Assembly (NCBI GenBank): GCA_964591485.1
Contig: CAZQDE010000004.1
Location: forward strand, 3,150 to 67,149
Direction: 5' to 3'
DNA length: 64,000 nt
Source of the DNA: an uncultured Anaerolineaceae bacterium
GTDB taxonomy: Bacteria > Chloroflexota > Anaerolineae > Anaerolineales > E44-bin32
The notes under the pieces were generated by a model that was not told where the DNA came from, did no database searches, and saw nothing but the letters and a program-made list of their open reading frames with translations. Made by a program: the position numbers and the translations under genes. The first letter of the stretch is position 1. Every line of letters starts with the position of its first letter. Below, in pieces: positions 40,976 through 48,831 of this stretch.

Positions 40976-41707
40976 ATGACCACGCCATCACGAGGTGAAA
41001 GGTTGCGAACGCTGATCGAAGACACCCGCAAGGTGTTGCTCGAGGTGTGGGAAGGACTCCCACCAGTGCAGCAGGAAGCTCGCGGCGAGATCGACCACTG
41101 GGCGCCAAAGGATCACCTCGCCCACGTCGCATTTTGGGATGCCCGAACCCTCGCTCGCCTGAAGCATATCCTCGGCGGGCCGGCGCCTGAAGCCTTGGAA
41201 GAGCATTTCCAGGAAACCAACGAGCGAGTCTTCCGTGAGCATGCAACTCGCCCTGCGTCTGAGATCATCTCCTGGCTCGAAACGGTTTACGAAGACCTGC
41301 TCACGGCACTCGACCGGCTTCCAGACGAGACACTCGAGGATCGCCAGCGCTTTCCCTGGACCGCAGGCCGGCCCCTCTGGCAGAGCCTGGTTTTCACGCC
41401 TGTGTACCATGCCATCCATCACGTCTGCGATGTGCTGGCCGATCAGGCAAAGATCGAGGAGGCCAGAGCACTCCAGGAGGAGTACGCCGAGCGGATGGCC
41501 GCCCTCGATCCAGCGTCATCCTGGCAGGGCACGGTGGAGTACAATCTGGCCTGTTTCTATGCCCTCCACAACCTGCCACAAGCAGCGCTTGACTGCCTCG
41601 CCTCAGCCTTTGCCCAGAACCCAGACCTGATCGATTGGTCGAAGCAAGACCCCGACTTGGATTCGCTGCGGAGTCACCCGACCTTCCAGGCTCTCATAGA
41701 AGGATGA
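40976..41707 (+). CDS. DinB-like four-helix-bundle domain protein with C-terminal TPR-like tail
   Basis: A His-bearing helix pattern (KDHLAHVAFWD...YHAIHHVCD) is followed by NLACFYALHNLPQAALDCLASAF...DPDLDSLRSHPTFQALI. Confidence 0.5.
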   Translation: MTTPSRGERLRTLIEDTRKVLLEVWEGLPPVQQEARGEIDHWAPKDHLAHVAFWDARTLARLKHILGGPAPEALEEHFQETNERVFREHATRPASEIISWLETVYEDLLTALDRLPDETLEDRQRFPWTAGRPLWQSLVFTPVYHAIHHVCDVLADQAKIEEARALQEEYAERMAALDPASSWQGTVEYNLACFYALHNLPQAALDCLASAFAQNPDLIDWSKQDPDLDSLRSHPTFQALIEG

Positions 41708-41954
41708 GAAATCCAGTCCTCGGTCCAAACCGCCCAGGCTGCTTTTATTGCCAAAGGACCAAGAAAGTCGGAGCGCCATGCGCGGCGCCCCGGCGTGATT
41801 TTTTCGGGGCTTCAATAGACGCGAGGCCTTGGGCAGCGTCCGCCTCGGCCGGCGCTCAGCCGCAACCACCTCCTAGCGGCCCCCGCTTAATCTCCAGTTT
41901 CAAGCGCGGCTTATATTCGAGTTCGTATGCGTGCGGATCGGGTTCGGCAGCGGG

Positions 41955-42320
41955 CTAGTTGTCACCCAGCGCGGCATCGAAGGCATATTGCAGCTCTTCC
42001 TGGCTCGCAGCGCCCCTGAAATGAATGCGCATATCTTCTCCCGCGAAGATTCCGCCCCCCATGAAAATGCCCACGAAACCCAGCTCCCCCAAGAGCATGA
42101 GCACGGCGCCTATTTCGATCGCCGTAATCTAAACCAGCGAAGGCAACAGGTTGGGCCAGATGTGCCGCGTGATGATCCCGATGGAGGAAGTTCCGACCGC
42201 CGCAGCGCTCTCGGCAAATTCCGCCGGCCTAAGGCGCATTACTTCCGCCCGTACTAATTGCATGATCTTCCTCTATCCCACCAGGCTCAGGGCCAGGATG
42301 AAAGAGAGCATCTCATTCCG
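41955..42320 (-). pseudogene. gene fragment: ~275-bp copy of the DppC-like part of the 35074-38835 gene with an in-frame stop, joined to an unrelated 3' tail
   Basis: 42043-42320 aligns without gaps to 36773-37050 (offset 5270). About 19 mismatches by eye, and the core 36861-36980 has 1 mismatch. TCG in the parent is TAG in the copy (42129-42131, minus strand). Confidence 0.7.
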
Positions 42321-42381
42321 AACTTGGATGCGCGCATAGGTTCCATCAACATGGAATTCTCGATAGCCTGCCCAGACCAGC

Positions 42382-42717
42382 CTAAGACTCCGAGTCCATT
42401 AACTCAGCCTTGCGTACCCATTGATCCCGCATGACCGCCCGAAGCAGATCGAGGGCCTCGATCAAACGGCGATCGGCCAGCCGGTAAACGACCGATGTGC
42501 CCTCACGCGTGGCCGTCACAAGACCTCGCTCCCGAAGAATCTTCAAGTGCCGGGAGATGGTCGGCTGGGTTGCAGCCAGGGTCTTGGTCAATTCGGTCAC
42601 GTTCTTGGGACCCGCGTCGAGTGCGTACAGGATCAGCAATCGGCGGGCATCGGCGAGCGCGAAGCAGAAATCTGCATGCAGGCGGGTGACCTCCTCGGCC
42701 AGTTGTGGGTTATGCAT
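42382..42717 (-). CDS. ArsR/SmtB family transcriptional repressor
   Basis: ALADARRLLILYAL...NVTELTKTLAATQPTISRHLKILRERGLV is a typical ArsR wHTH. Confidence 0.85.
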   Translation of the reverse strand: MHNPQLAEEVTRLHADFCFALADARRLLILYALDAGPKNVTELTKTLAATQPTISRHLKILRERGLVTATREGTSVVYRLADRRLIEALDLLRAVMRDQWVRKAELMDSES

Positions 42718-42733
42718 GTCTATTCACCTATCC

Positions 42734-42769
42734 TTATATAGATATATTGCCGATCGTGACAATTATCAC
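42734..42769 (-). promoter_or_regulatory. candidate arsR promoter with overlapping palindromic operator
   Basis: Minus strand reads TTGTCA-N16/17-TATATA(A) just upstream of the arsR ATG. The imperfect palindrome GTGACAATTATCAC (42756-42769, 12 of 14) overlaps the -35 element, inside an AT-rich island in GC-rich DNA. Confidence 0.4.
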
Positions 42770-42918
42770 AAGCTTTGGCTGCACAGCCTAGGAAAAGGTG
42801 TCATCTCTCTTAGCGACAGATGTCATCCGGTGTCTTACAGCCAATCCCGGCGCCGGCTGATGCGATGGCAGAGTGCCTTAATTCGAGGTAGCATGGGCCT
42901 GGCTGCCACCGTCAGACC

Positions 42919-44355
42919 ATGGCTTTCGGCAGCCAGCAGCGGAGAGCTTGGATGCCACCGTCACTGGCTCTTGGATGGATATCACAGAAGGCGCGAGCCC
43001 GCCTTGGGCTCATTCTCCTGCTGCTATGTTGCAGCAGCCTGCTTGCTTCTACCCCCACGCCCCATCCCGTGGTGAGCTTCGATCCGCCTCTCACGGTCAA
43101 CGAATTCCCTCGCCAGCTCAGCTTCCACACGACTGCCCGCAGCCAAGGCGCCCCGATTACGGAGGCCTGGCTGCTTTTCTACCCGCGTGACGAAATGACC
43201 ACACCTGTGGTCGAGCGGGTTCAATTGGAGGTACAAGCTGGCGAGATCGTCGGGCTCAGCTACACCTGGGAAACGGAGGATCGCCTGGTCGTTCCCGGTA
43301 TGCCGATCGTATATTGGTGGGAAGTCGAGGACTCCTTGGGACGAAGGGCGAGGAGCGACGAGCACACCCTCCGCTATGAAGACACACGCTTCAACTGGCA
43401 GGTCTACGAGACCGAAGCTCTCTCACTCTGGCTGCATGACCAGCCCGAGAGCCTCGGTGAGTATGCCTTCACCCTCGCGCAGGAAGCGCTCCAGGCCCAA
43501 TCCGAACTCTACGGAACCTCCCTACGATTCCCCATCCGCATTCTGCTCTACAACAGCTTCCAGGAATTCGCCGAGTACCATGCCCGGGTCTCTGAAAACG
43601 TTGGCGGCGAGGCCTACACCGGATTCGGGATCACAGCCCAGATCTTGCCCTCCGAATCCTACCGCCAATCGTGGCTCCCGCAGGTCATTCCACATGAGAT
43701 CTCGCACCTGTATTTCCGCCAGCTGACCTTTCACCCTGCCGGCCAAGAGCCTCCTAGCTGGCTGAACGAGGGCCTATCGGTCTACAACGAGCAGGCCGAT
43801 CAGAGCCACATGATGCAGATCGCCCTGGCCGTCGCCGCGGATGGCCGGCTCCGGCCGCTGACCGCCTTGAGCGGCAGCTTCGGCCCCTATGATCCGGAAG
43901 GCTTCTACCAAGCCTACGCGGAGAGCTATAGCGCCGTAGTCTTCCTGCTCGAAACCTATGGCGCCCAGGCGCTCGCCGATCTGATCCAGGCCTATGGGCA
44001 AGGACTCAGCACCGACGAGGCCTTTAAGGCTGCCCTGGGCATGGATCTGGGCGCCTTCCAGAATGCGTGGGCGGAATGGCTCGGCGCAGCCCAGCCCTTC
44101 GCGCCAACCCCCACCGCGCTGGTCTGGCCCACCCCGGGATTGCCACCGACGCGAACCCCGACCTCGGTCGCGGCCCAGCCGACGCCCACGCCGAAGGCGC
44201 CCCCCCTGCCTTCCACTCCAGACAAGGACGAACCGCAGTTTGCCTCGGGGATCCGTCTGCCTTGTCTGGCCGGTGCCATCCCGGTGGCCATGATCGCAAC
44301 CGGGGCTTACGGCCTGGGCAAACGGCGCCTGCACTATCCTCGGCGACGCGACTGA
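42919..44355 (+). CDS. MA-clan (gluzincin-like) metallopeptidase with Pro/Thr-rich linker and C-terminal TM anchor
   Basis: Signal/anchor at the N-terminus, HEISHLYF (HExxH) followed by WLNEGLSVYNE, then PTPTALVWPTPGLPPTRTPTS...PTPTPKAPP and a terminal hydrophobic helix. Confidence 0.7.
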   Translation: MAFGSQQRRAWMPPSLALGWISQKARARLGLILLLLCCSSLLASTPTPHPVVSFDPPLTVNEFPRQLSFHTTARSQGAPITEAWLLFYPRDEMTTPVVERVQLEVQAGEIVGLSYTWETEDRLVVPGMPIVYWWEVEDSLGRRARSDEHTLRYEDTRFNWQVYETEALSLWLHDQPESLGEYAFTLAQEALQAQSELYGTSLRFPIRILLYNSFQEFAEYHARVSENVGGEAYTGFGITAQILPSESYRQSWLPQVIPHEISHLYFRQLTFHPAGQEPPSWLNEGLSVYNEQADQSHMMQIALAVAADGRLRPLTALSGSFGPYDPEGFYQAYAESYSAVVFLLETYGAQALADLIQAYGQGLSTDEAFKAALGMDLGAFQNAWAEWLGAAQPFAPTPTALVWPTPGLPPTRTPTSVAAQPTPTPKAPPLPSTPDKDEPQFASGIRLPCLAGAIPVAMIATGAYGLGKRRLHYPRRRD

Positions 44356-44454
44356 GGCACTTCCGGCCAGTGTGCACCAAGCCAGCGAGCTGCGGGTTCA
44401 GATCTCCGCCAGCCAATAGCCACGCTAGCCTGAGTCCAATACAAGTCACTTGGC

Positions 44455-44483
44455 TTGTCAGACGCCCTTACAAGTGATATAAA
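44455..44483 (+). promoter_or_regulatory. near-consensus sigma-70 promoter upstream of satD
   Basis: TTGTCA (44455-44460), N17, extended -10 TGaTATAAA (44475-44483), 33 nt upstream of the ATG. Flanked by ACAAGTCACTTG / CAAGTGA repeats at 44441-44477. Confidence 0.5.
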
Positions 44484-44515
44484 TTGTATCGGGCTGGCCT
44501 TCAGATGGAGAACAG

Positions 44516-45187
44516 ATGCAGATTGAGGCCGAGCGGCTGTATGCCGTATTAACGGGCGACGTGATCGGATCCTCCCGCCTGGGCGAGGCCCCTCGCCGCA
44601 ATCTCCACGAGGCGCTGCAGTTCGCGGGCCGGGATCTCCGCAGGTGGTTCGGGGATGATGTTCCGTTTCCCCCTGCCATTTTTCGAGGCGATAGCTGGCA
44701 GCTCGTTGTCGCGAAACCCGCACGTTCCCTGCGCGTCGGGCTCTATTTCCGAGTCTGGTTGCGGGCGCGCATGCAGGCCCGCGATATCGACACCCGCTTT
44801 GCGATCGGCATCGGCACTCTAGACTTTATCCCCGGCGAAGATCTTTCCGGCGGTGATGGAGAGGCTTTCCGCCGCTCAGGCCAGGCGCTGGAGCGCTTGC
44901 CGCGTGGCTCCCGCATGGGGCTGGCTCTGCATCCCGACATCGATGTCCTTGACCTTCGGGTGATCCTCGATCTGGTCGATATTCAAGCGCGGCGATGGTC
45001 GGACCGCCAGGCACGGGCAATCGCAGGCGCATTGCTGGGCTGGACCCAGGCGCAGACCGCCCGGGAGCTGTTTGCGCCCCCGATCAGCCAGCAGGCGATC
45101 GCACAGCATCTAAGCCGGGCCGGCTGGCGGGCCATCAGCCAGGCCATGACTTACTTCGAGAGCCGCCTGGAGGCGCTGGAAGCCTAG
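44516..45187 (+). CDS. SatD family protein (N-terminal GDVIGS domain, C-terminal HTH)
   Basis: LYAVLTGDVIGSSRL...FRGDSWQLVV resembles SatD. The C-terminal WSDRQARAIAGALLGWTQAQTARELFAPPISQQAIAQHL looks like an HTH. Confidence 0.55.
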   Translation: MQIEAERLYAVLTGDVIGSSRLGEAPRRNLHEALQFAGRDLRRWFGDDVPFPPAIFRGDSWQLVVAKPARSLRVGLYFRVWLRARMQARDIDTRFAIGIGTLDFIPGEDLSGGDGEAFRRSGQALERLPRGSRMGLALHPDIDVLDLRVILDLVDIQARRWSDRQARAIAGALLGWTQAQTARELFAPPISQQAIAQHLSRAGWRAISQAMTYFESRLEALEA

Positions 45188-45239
45188 ATCCGCGGCTCTC
45201 GAGCACCGCGCTGGCCGGACGGCTTGGAGGCATTGCATT

Positions 45240-46013
45240 ATGCCACCCCTGCTGACGCTCGTCCTCCCGCTCTTCTCGGCTTACTTTTTGGCGGAATTTG
45301 TGCTCACGCAGGATCGAGAGGGCGAGACCTCGGGCCTTCGGCGCGTCCTGTCCCGCGCAGCCATCGCGGCCATACTCAGCTACCTCCTGGCCGGACGCTG
45401 GCGCGCCTGGCCCATCCCGGCCGCCGTCCTTCTGCTCCACGGGCTCATCGATGGTCTCTCGATCCGCCAGCAGGCTCGCCGTCTGCCGAGCTTTCTGGCC
45501 GAGCACGCTGCCCACTTCTTCGCCCTCATTCTGATCGCCTTGCTCCCCCTGATCTTTCCCGCCATGCGCCCCGCCTTCCGCCCCGACGCGCCCTGGCTCC
45601 GTCCGGCCTACTTCTCCCTGTTGGCGCTGCTCTCTGGGATTCTGCTCACTGTGCAGGCTGGCGGTCAGTTGATCGGATGGGTGGTGGAGCCCTTCATCGA
45701 CCAAATGCAGGCAGCCCGCCGGGCCCTCGAGCCTGAAGGCCTGGAGGGGCAGGACCTTATCCGCCAGGGCTTTGCTCGAGGCGGACGCCTTATCGGGCAA
45801 CTCGAGCGGGCCTTGATCCTGCTCTTCGTGCTCATGGATCAACCTTCGGGCGTGGGGTTTCTCATCGCCGCAAAATCGCTGCTGCGCTTCGGGGAGGTTC
45901 GCGAGGGGGCAAACCGCATGGAGGCCGAGTACATCATCATCGGCACACTGGCGAGCTTCCTGTTCGGCCTGATCATCGCCTATGGAACTCGCTGGATTCT
46001 TTCCCTGTTGTAG
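45240..46013 (+). CDS. DUF3307 (SatC-like) membrane protein
   Basis: Polytopic membrane protein with an N-terminal FSAYFLAEFVLTQ motif resembling the DUF3307 HxxADFxxQ region. It is adjacent to satD, as in sat operons. Confidence 0.5.
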   Translation: MPPLLTLVLPLFSAYFLAEFVLTQDREGETSGLRRVLSRAAIAAILSYLLAGRWRAWPIPAAVLLLHGLIDGLSIRQQARRLPSFLAEHAAHFFALILIALLPLIFPAMRPAFRPDAPWLRPAYFSLLALLSGILLTVQAGGQLIGWVVEPFIDQMQAARRALEPEGLEGQDLIRQGFARGGRLIGQLERALILLFVLMDQPSGVGFLIAAKSLLRFGEVREGANRMEAEYIIIGTLASFLFGLIIAYGTRWILSLL

Positions 46014-46052
46014 ACTGACCGTGAGGCAACCATCTAAGACGTGGAGGCTGAA

Positions 46053-46358
46053 ATGTACGCCATCGCCGATGTCAGCATGACGCCGTTGGGTGTGGGGCTT
46101 TCGCTCTCGGCATACATCGCCGCCTGTGAGGAAATCTTCCAGGAGGCCGGATTGAGGCCGCGTCTGCATGCCTACGGAACCAATGTGGAGGGTGATTGGG
46201 ATTTGGTGTTCGCAGCCATCAAGCGCTGTCACGAACGCTTGCATGCGATGGGCGTGCCCAGAATATCAACAACCATCAAGGTCGGCACCCGCACCGACCG
46301 TCCCCAGACCGGAGAGGATAAGATTGAGAGTGTGCAGCGCAGGCTGGGCGCGCGCTGA
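46053..46358 (+). CDS. MTH1187/YkoF family thiamine-binding-like protein
   Basis: The ~100-aa sequence MYAIADVSMTPLGVG...HAYGTNVEGDWDLV...STTIKVGTRTD is typical of the DUF77/MTH1187 fold. Confidence 0.8.
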   Translation: MYAIADVSMTPLGVGLSLSAYIAACEEIFQEAGLRPRLHAYGTNVEGDWDLVFAAIKRCHERLHAMGVPRISTTIKVGTRTDRPQTGEDKIESVQRRLGAR

Positions 46359-46455
46359 GTCGAAAGACCATTCCCGATATTCGTGCCTTCAGGATAGAAT
46401 GAATACAGGGGTGTCAGGAACGAGCACCGTGCCCCGAGTCGAACGCTGAGGATCG

Positions 46456-47442
46456 ATGCCGACCAATCTGCCGCCGGAATACTACAAGATCGAGGAGCAG
46501 TTCCGCGAGGCCAAGACGCCACGCGAGAAGATCGATCTTCTCGAGGAGATGCTCAGCGTCATCCCCAAACACAAGGGGACCGATCATCTGCGCGCCGACC
46601 TGCGCCGCAAGCTCTCCAAGCTCAAGGACGCCGCTCAGGCCCGCAGCAAGGTCGGCCGCGCCTCATCGATTTTCTCCATCGACAAGGAGGGTGCCGGCAC
46701 GGCCGTCTTGGTGGGTCCTGCCAACACCGGCAAGTCTTCGCTGGTCGCGGCCCTGACCAACGCCGACCCCGAAGTTGCTCCCTACCCCATGACCACCTGG
46801 AAACCCACCCCGGGCATGATGCCGATCGAGAACATCCAGGTGCAGTTGATCGATACACCCCCGTTGGATCGCGAGTTCGTCGAATCCGAGATGATGGACA
46901 TGATCCGGCGGTCCGATTTGATCCTGCTCATCGTCGATTTACAGGCTTTCCCAGTCGAACAGCTTGAGACCTCCGCGGCCTTTCTCGAAAGTCATCGCAT
47001 CGTGCCAGCCTTCCGCAGCGATTCGTACCCTCAGGACCGCCGATGGAGCCACCGTCCATTCTTGGTGCTAGTCAACAAATGCGATAATGAAAGCCTGCTC
47101 CCGGATTTCGAGGCTTTCTGCGAGCTAAGCGGGGAGGGCTGGCCGTGCCTGCCCATCTCGGCCACAACGGGCTTCGGCGTGGAGGCCTTCAAGCAAGCCA
47201 CATACGAAGCCCTGGGAATCATGCGCATCTATTCCAAGGCGCCCGGCCGCGAGCCCGACTTGAGCGCCCCCTTCGTGCTCAAGAAGGGCAGCACGGTGGA
47301 AGAGTTCGCTGCCAAGGTGCACCAGGATTTCGCCAAGAATCTCAAAGCCGCCCGCGTCTGGGGCAGCGGCGACTTTGAGGGCCAGATGGTCAGCAGGGAT
47401 TATATGCTCCACGAGGGCGACATCGTGGAGCTTCGAATCTGA
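46456..47442 (+). CDS. DRG/Rbg-type OBG-family GTPase with C-terminal TGS domain
   Basis: N-terminal helical segment ...HKGTDHLRADLRRKLSKLK, G1 GPANTGKSS, NKCD, and a C-terminal MRIYSKAPGREPD...TVEEFAAKVHQDFAKNLKAARVWG...GDIVEL block that parallels eukaryotic and archaeal DRG. Confidence 0.8.
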   Translation: MPTNLPPEYYKIEEQFREAKTPREKIDLLEEMLSVIPKHKGTDHLRADLRRKLSKLKDAAQARSKVGRASSIFSIDKEGAGTAVLVGPANTGKSSLVAALTNADPEVAPYPMTTWKPTPGMMPIENIQVQLIDTPPLDREFVESEMMDMIRRSDLILLIVDLQAFPVEQLETSAAFLESHRIVPAFRSDSYPQDRRWSHRPFLVLVNKCDNESLLPDFEAFCELSGEGWPCLPISATTGFGVEAFKQATYEALGIMRIYSKAPGREPDLSAPFVLKKGSTVEEFAAKVHQDFAKNLKAARVWGSGDFEGQMVSRDYMLHEGDIVELRI

Positions 47443-47460
47443 GGCCTTTCTCCCCCGAGG

Positions 47461-47976
47461 CTACGAACGCCGGTCGAAGTAGATGCTCTTGCCCGTCACC
47501 GATAGCGGGATTCCCATGACGAAGTCGGCGTCGATCAACCCCAGCTCACGTGCCACGACCCCCACGCGATACATGATGCGGTTATCCACATTGAGCATGC
47601 CAGCCACTTTAACCGCCGAGCCTAGCGCAATGCCCATATCCAACACACGCAGCGCGCACTGAGGCCCTTTGAATTCGCCCTCGTGCGTGTTAATCTTGAC
47701 GCAGGCTTCCTCGCCACAGGCGCCGCAATTCAGATCCGCGACTTCGGCATCCTTGATGCCGATCAGGACCACGGCGCCTGAGTCAAGCACGTTGCGGCCG
47801 TCACGATCCCAGTTCGTTCGGCCATGCCGCTCGCCATAGGCAATCATCCCTTCACCCAGACGGCGCAAGTCCTCCCCCGCCACGGTGCTCACAACCACGA
47901 AGTCATCCCCCTTGGTCTTTGGCGCGGTAGTGGCGGCAATCTCCATCAACTCAGCAACGGTGTCCAACGCGGTCAT
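47461..47976 (-). CDS. DUF2148 ferredoxin-domain protein
   Basis: AATTAPKTKGDDF...NCGACGEEAC...GIALGSAVK is typical of DUF2148. Confidence 0.7.
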   Translation of the reverse strand: MTALDTVAELMEIAATTAPKTKGDDFVVVSTVAGEDLRRLGEGMIAYGERHGRTNWDRDGRNVLDSGAVVLIGIKDAEVADLNCGACGEEACVKINTHEGEFKGPQCALRVLDMGIALGSAVKVAGMLNVDNRIMYRVGVVARELGLIDADFVMGIPLSVTGKSIYFDRRS

Positions 47977-48130
47977 CTCGTCCTCCCTGAAGCACTTCTG
48001 GCCATTGGTCTGGGGATACTATTATGTCGATGCGGCCGGACCTTGGCAAGCCTGGGCTTGGCTGGCGCCGGGCCCTTGGAGAATCGGCTCGACTATGCCA
48101 GAATCCTGATCCAACCATGAACCTTCCCGA

Positions 48131-48661
48131 ATGGGAGCGAGAGAGACGATGAATCTGCTGCGGGTATTGGTGGGGGCATTCCTGCTGGGCTTTGGCCGTA
48201 GTCTATACTGGCTGTTCGTCGGCGGAGTTGGCTTCCTGGCCGCGAACACGCTCGCAAGCCGCCTGCTGGAGGGATCGCCGCGCATGCTGGTATTGGCGAT
48301 CGCTGTGGCCGCAGGGCTTCTGGGCGCTCTGCTCGCCATCCTCCTGCAGAAATTCGCCGTAGGCCTGGCGGGCTTCCTGGCTGGCGGCTACTTTTTCGTC
48401 ATCCTGCTCGATCTCCTGAGACTGGATTACGGCCCGGCGGCATGGATCCTGTTCGTCGTTGGCGGCTTCCTGGGCACGATCCTGGTTGCTGCTCTTTTCG
48501 AAGTCTCGCTGATCTTTCTATCCTCGCTCAGCGGCGCGCTGCTGATCGCGCAGTCCTTTCAGTCGACGCCCGTCCAGAACGCTTTGCTCATCTCCGGCTG
48601 CCTATTGGCAGGGGTCATCATTCAATCGGTTCTGCTGGTCGGGGAAAAACGCGAGGCCTGA
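48131..48661 (+). CDS. small polytopic membrane protein (DUF4203-like?)
   Basis: About five hydrophobic helices. An alternative ATG lies at 48149. The family assignment is weak. Confidence 0.45.
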   Translation: MGARETMNLLRVLVGAFLLGFGRSLYWLFVGGVGFLAANTLASRLLEGSPRMLVLAIAVAAGLLGALLAILLQKFAVGLAGFLAGGYFFVILLDLLRLDYGPAAWILFVVGGFLGTILVAALFEVSLIFLSSLSGALLIAQSFQSTPVQNALLISGCLLAGVIIQSVLLVGEKREA

Positions 48662-48831
48662 TCGTAGACGAGTGCGCCCCTAAAACGGACGAAGTTTATC
48701 CGGTCTGTGGGTGACATCCTGCACTGGAGCCACCAGAGACCCGCAACCTATGATTAGTGACAAGACGGCGAGCCCATAGCTGAGGCGATTCTCCCCACAA
48801 TTGAGGCTCCTAGCCATGGGAGGGGCGCTCC

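Noticed and set aside
41931-42339. Plus-strand ORFs 41931-42257 and 42151-42339
   Set aside because: Their translations mirror the antisense-frame ORFs 36892-37383 and 36791-37234, because the DNA is a copy of the minus-strand permease gene fragment. They are not genuine genes.
45135-46244. 369-aa minus-strand ORF
   Set aside because: It is antisense to the SatC-like and MTH1187-family genes. No recognisable domains; a GC-rich artefact.
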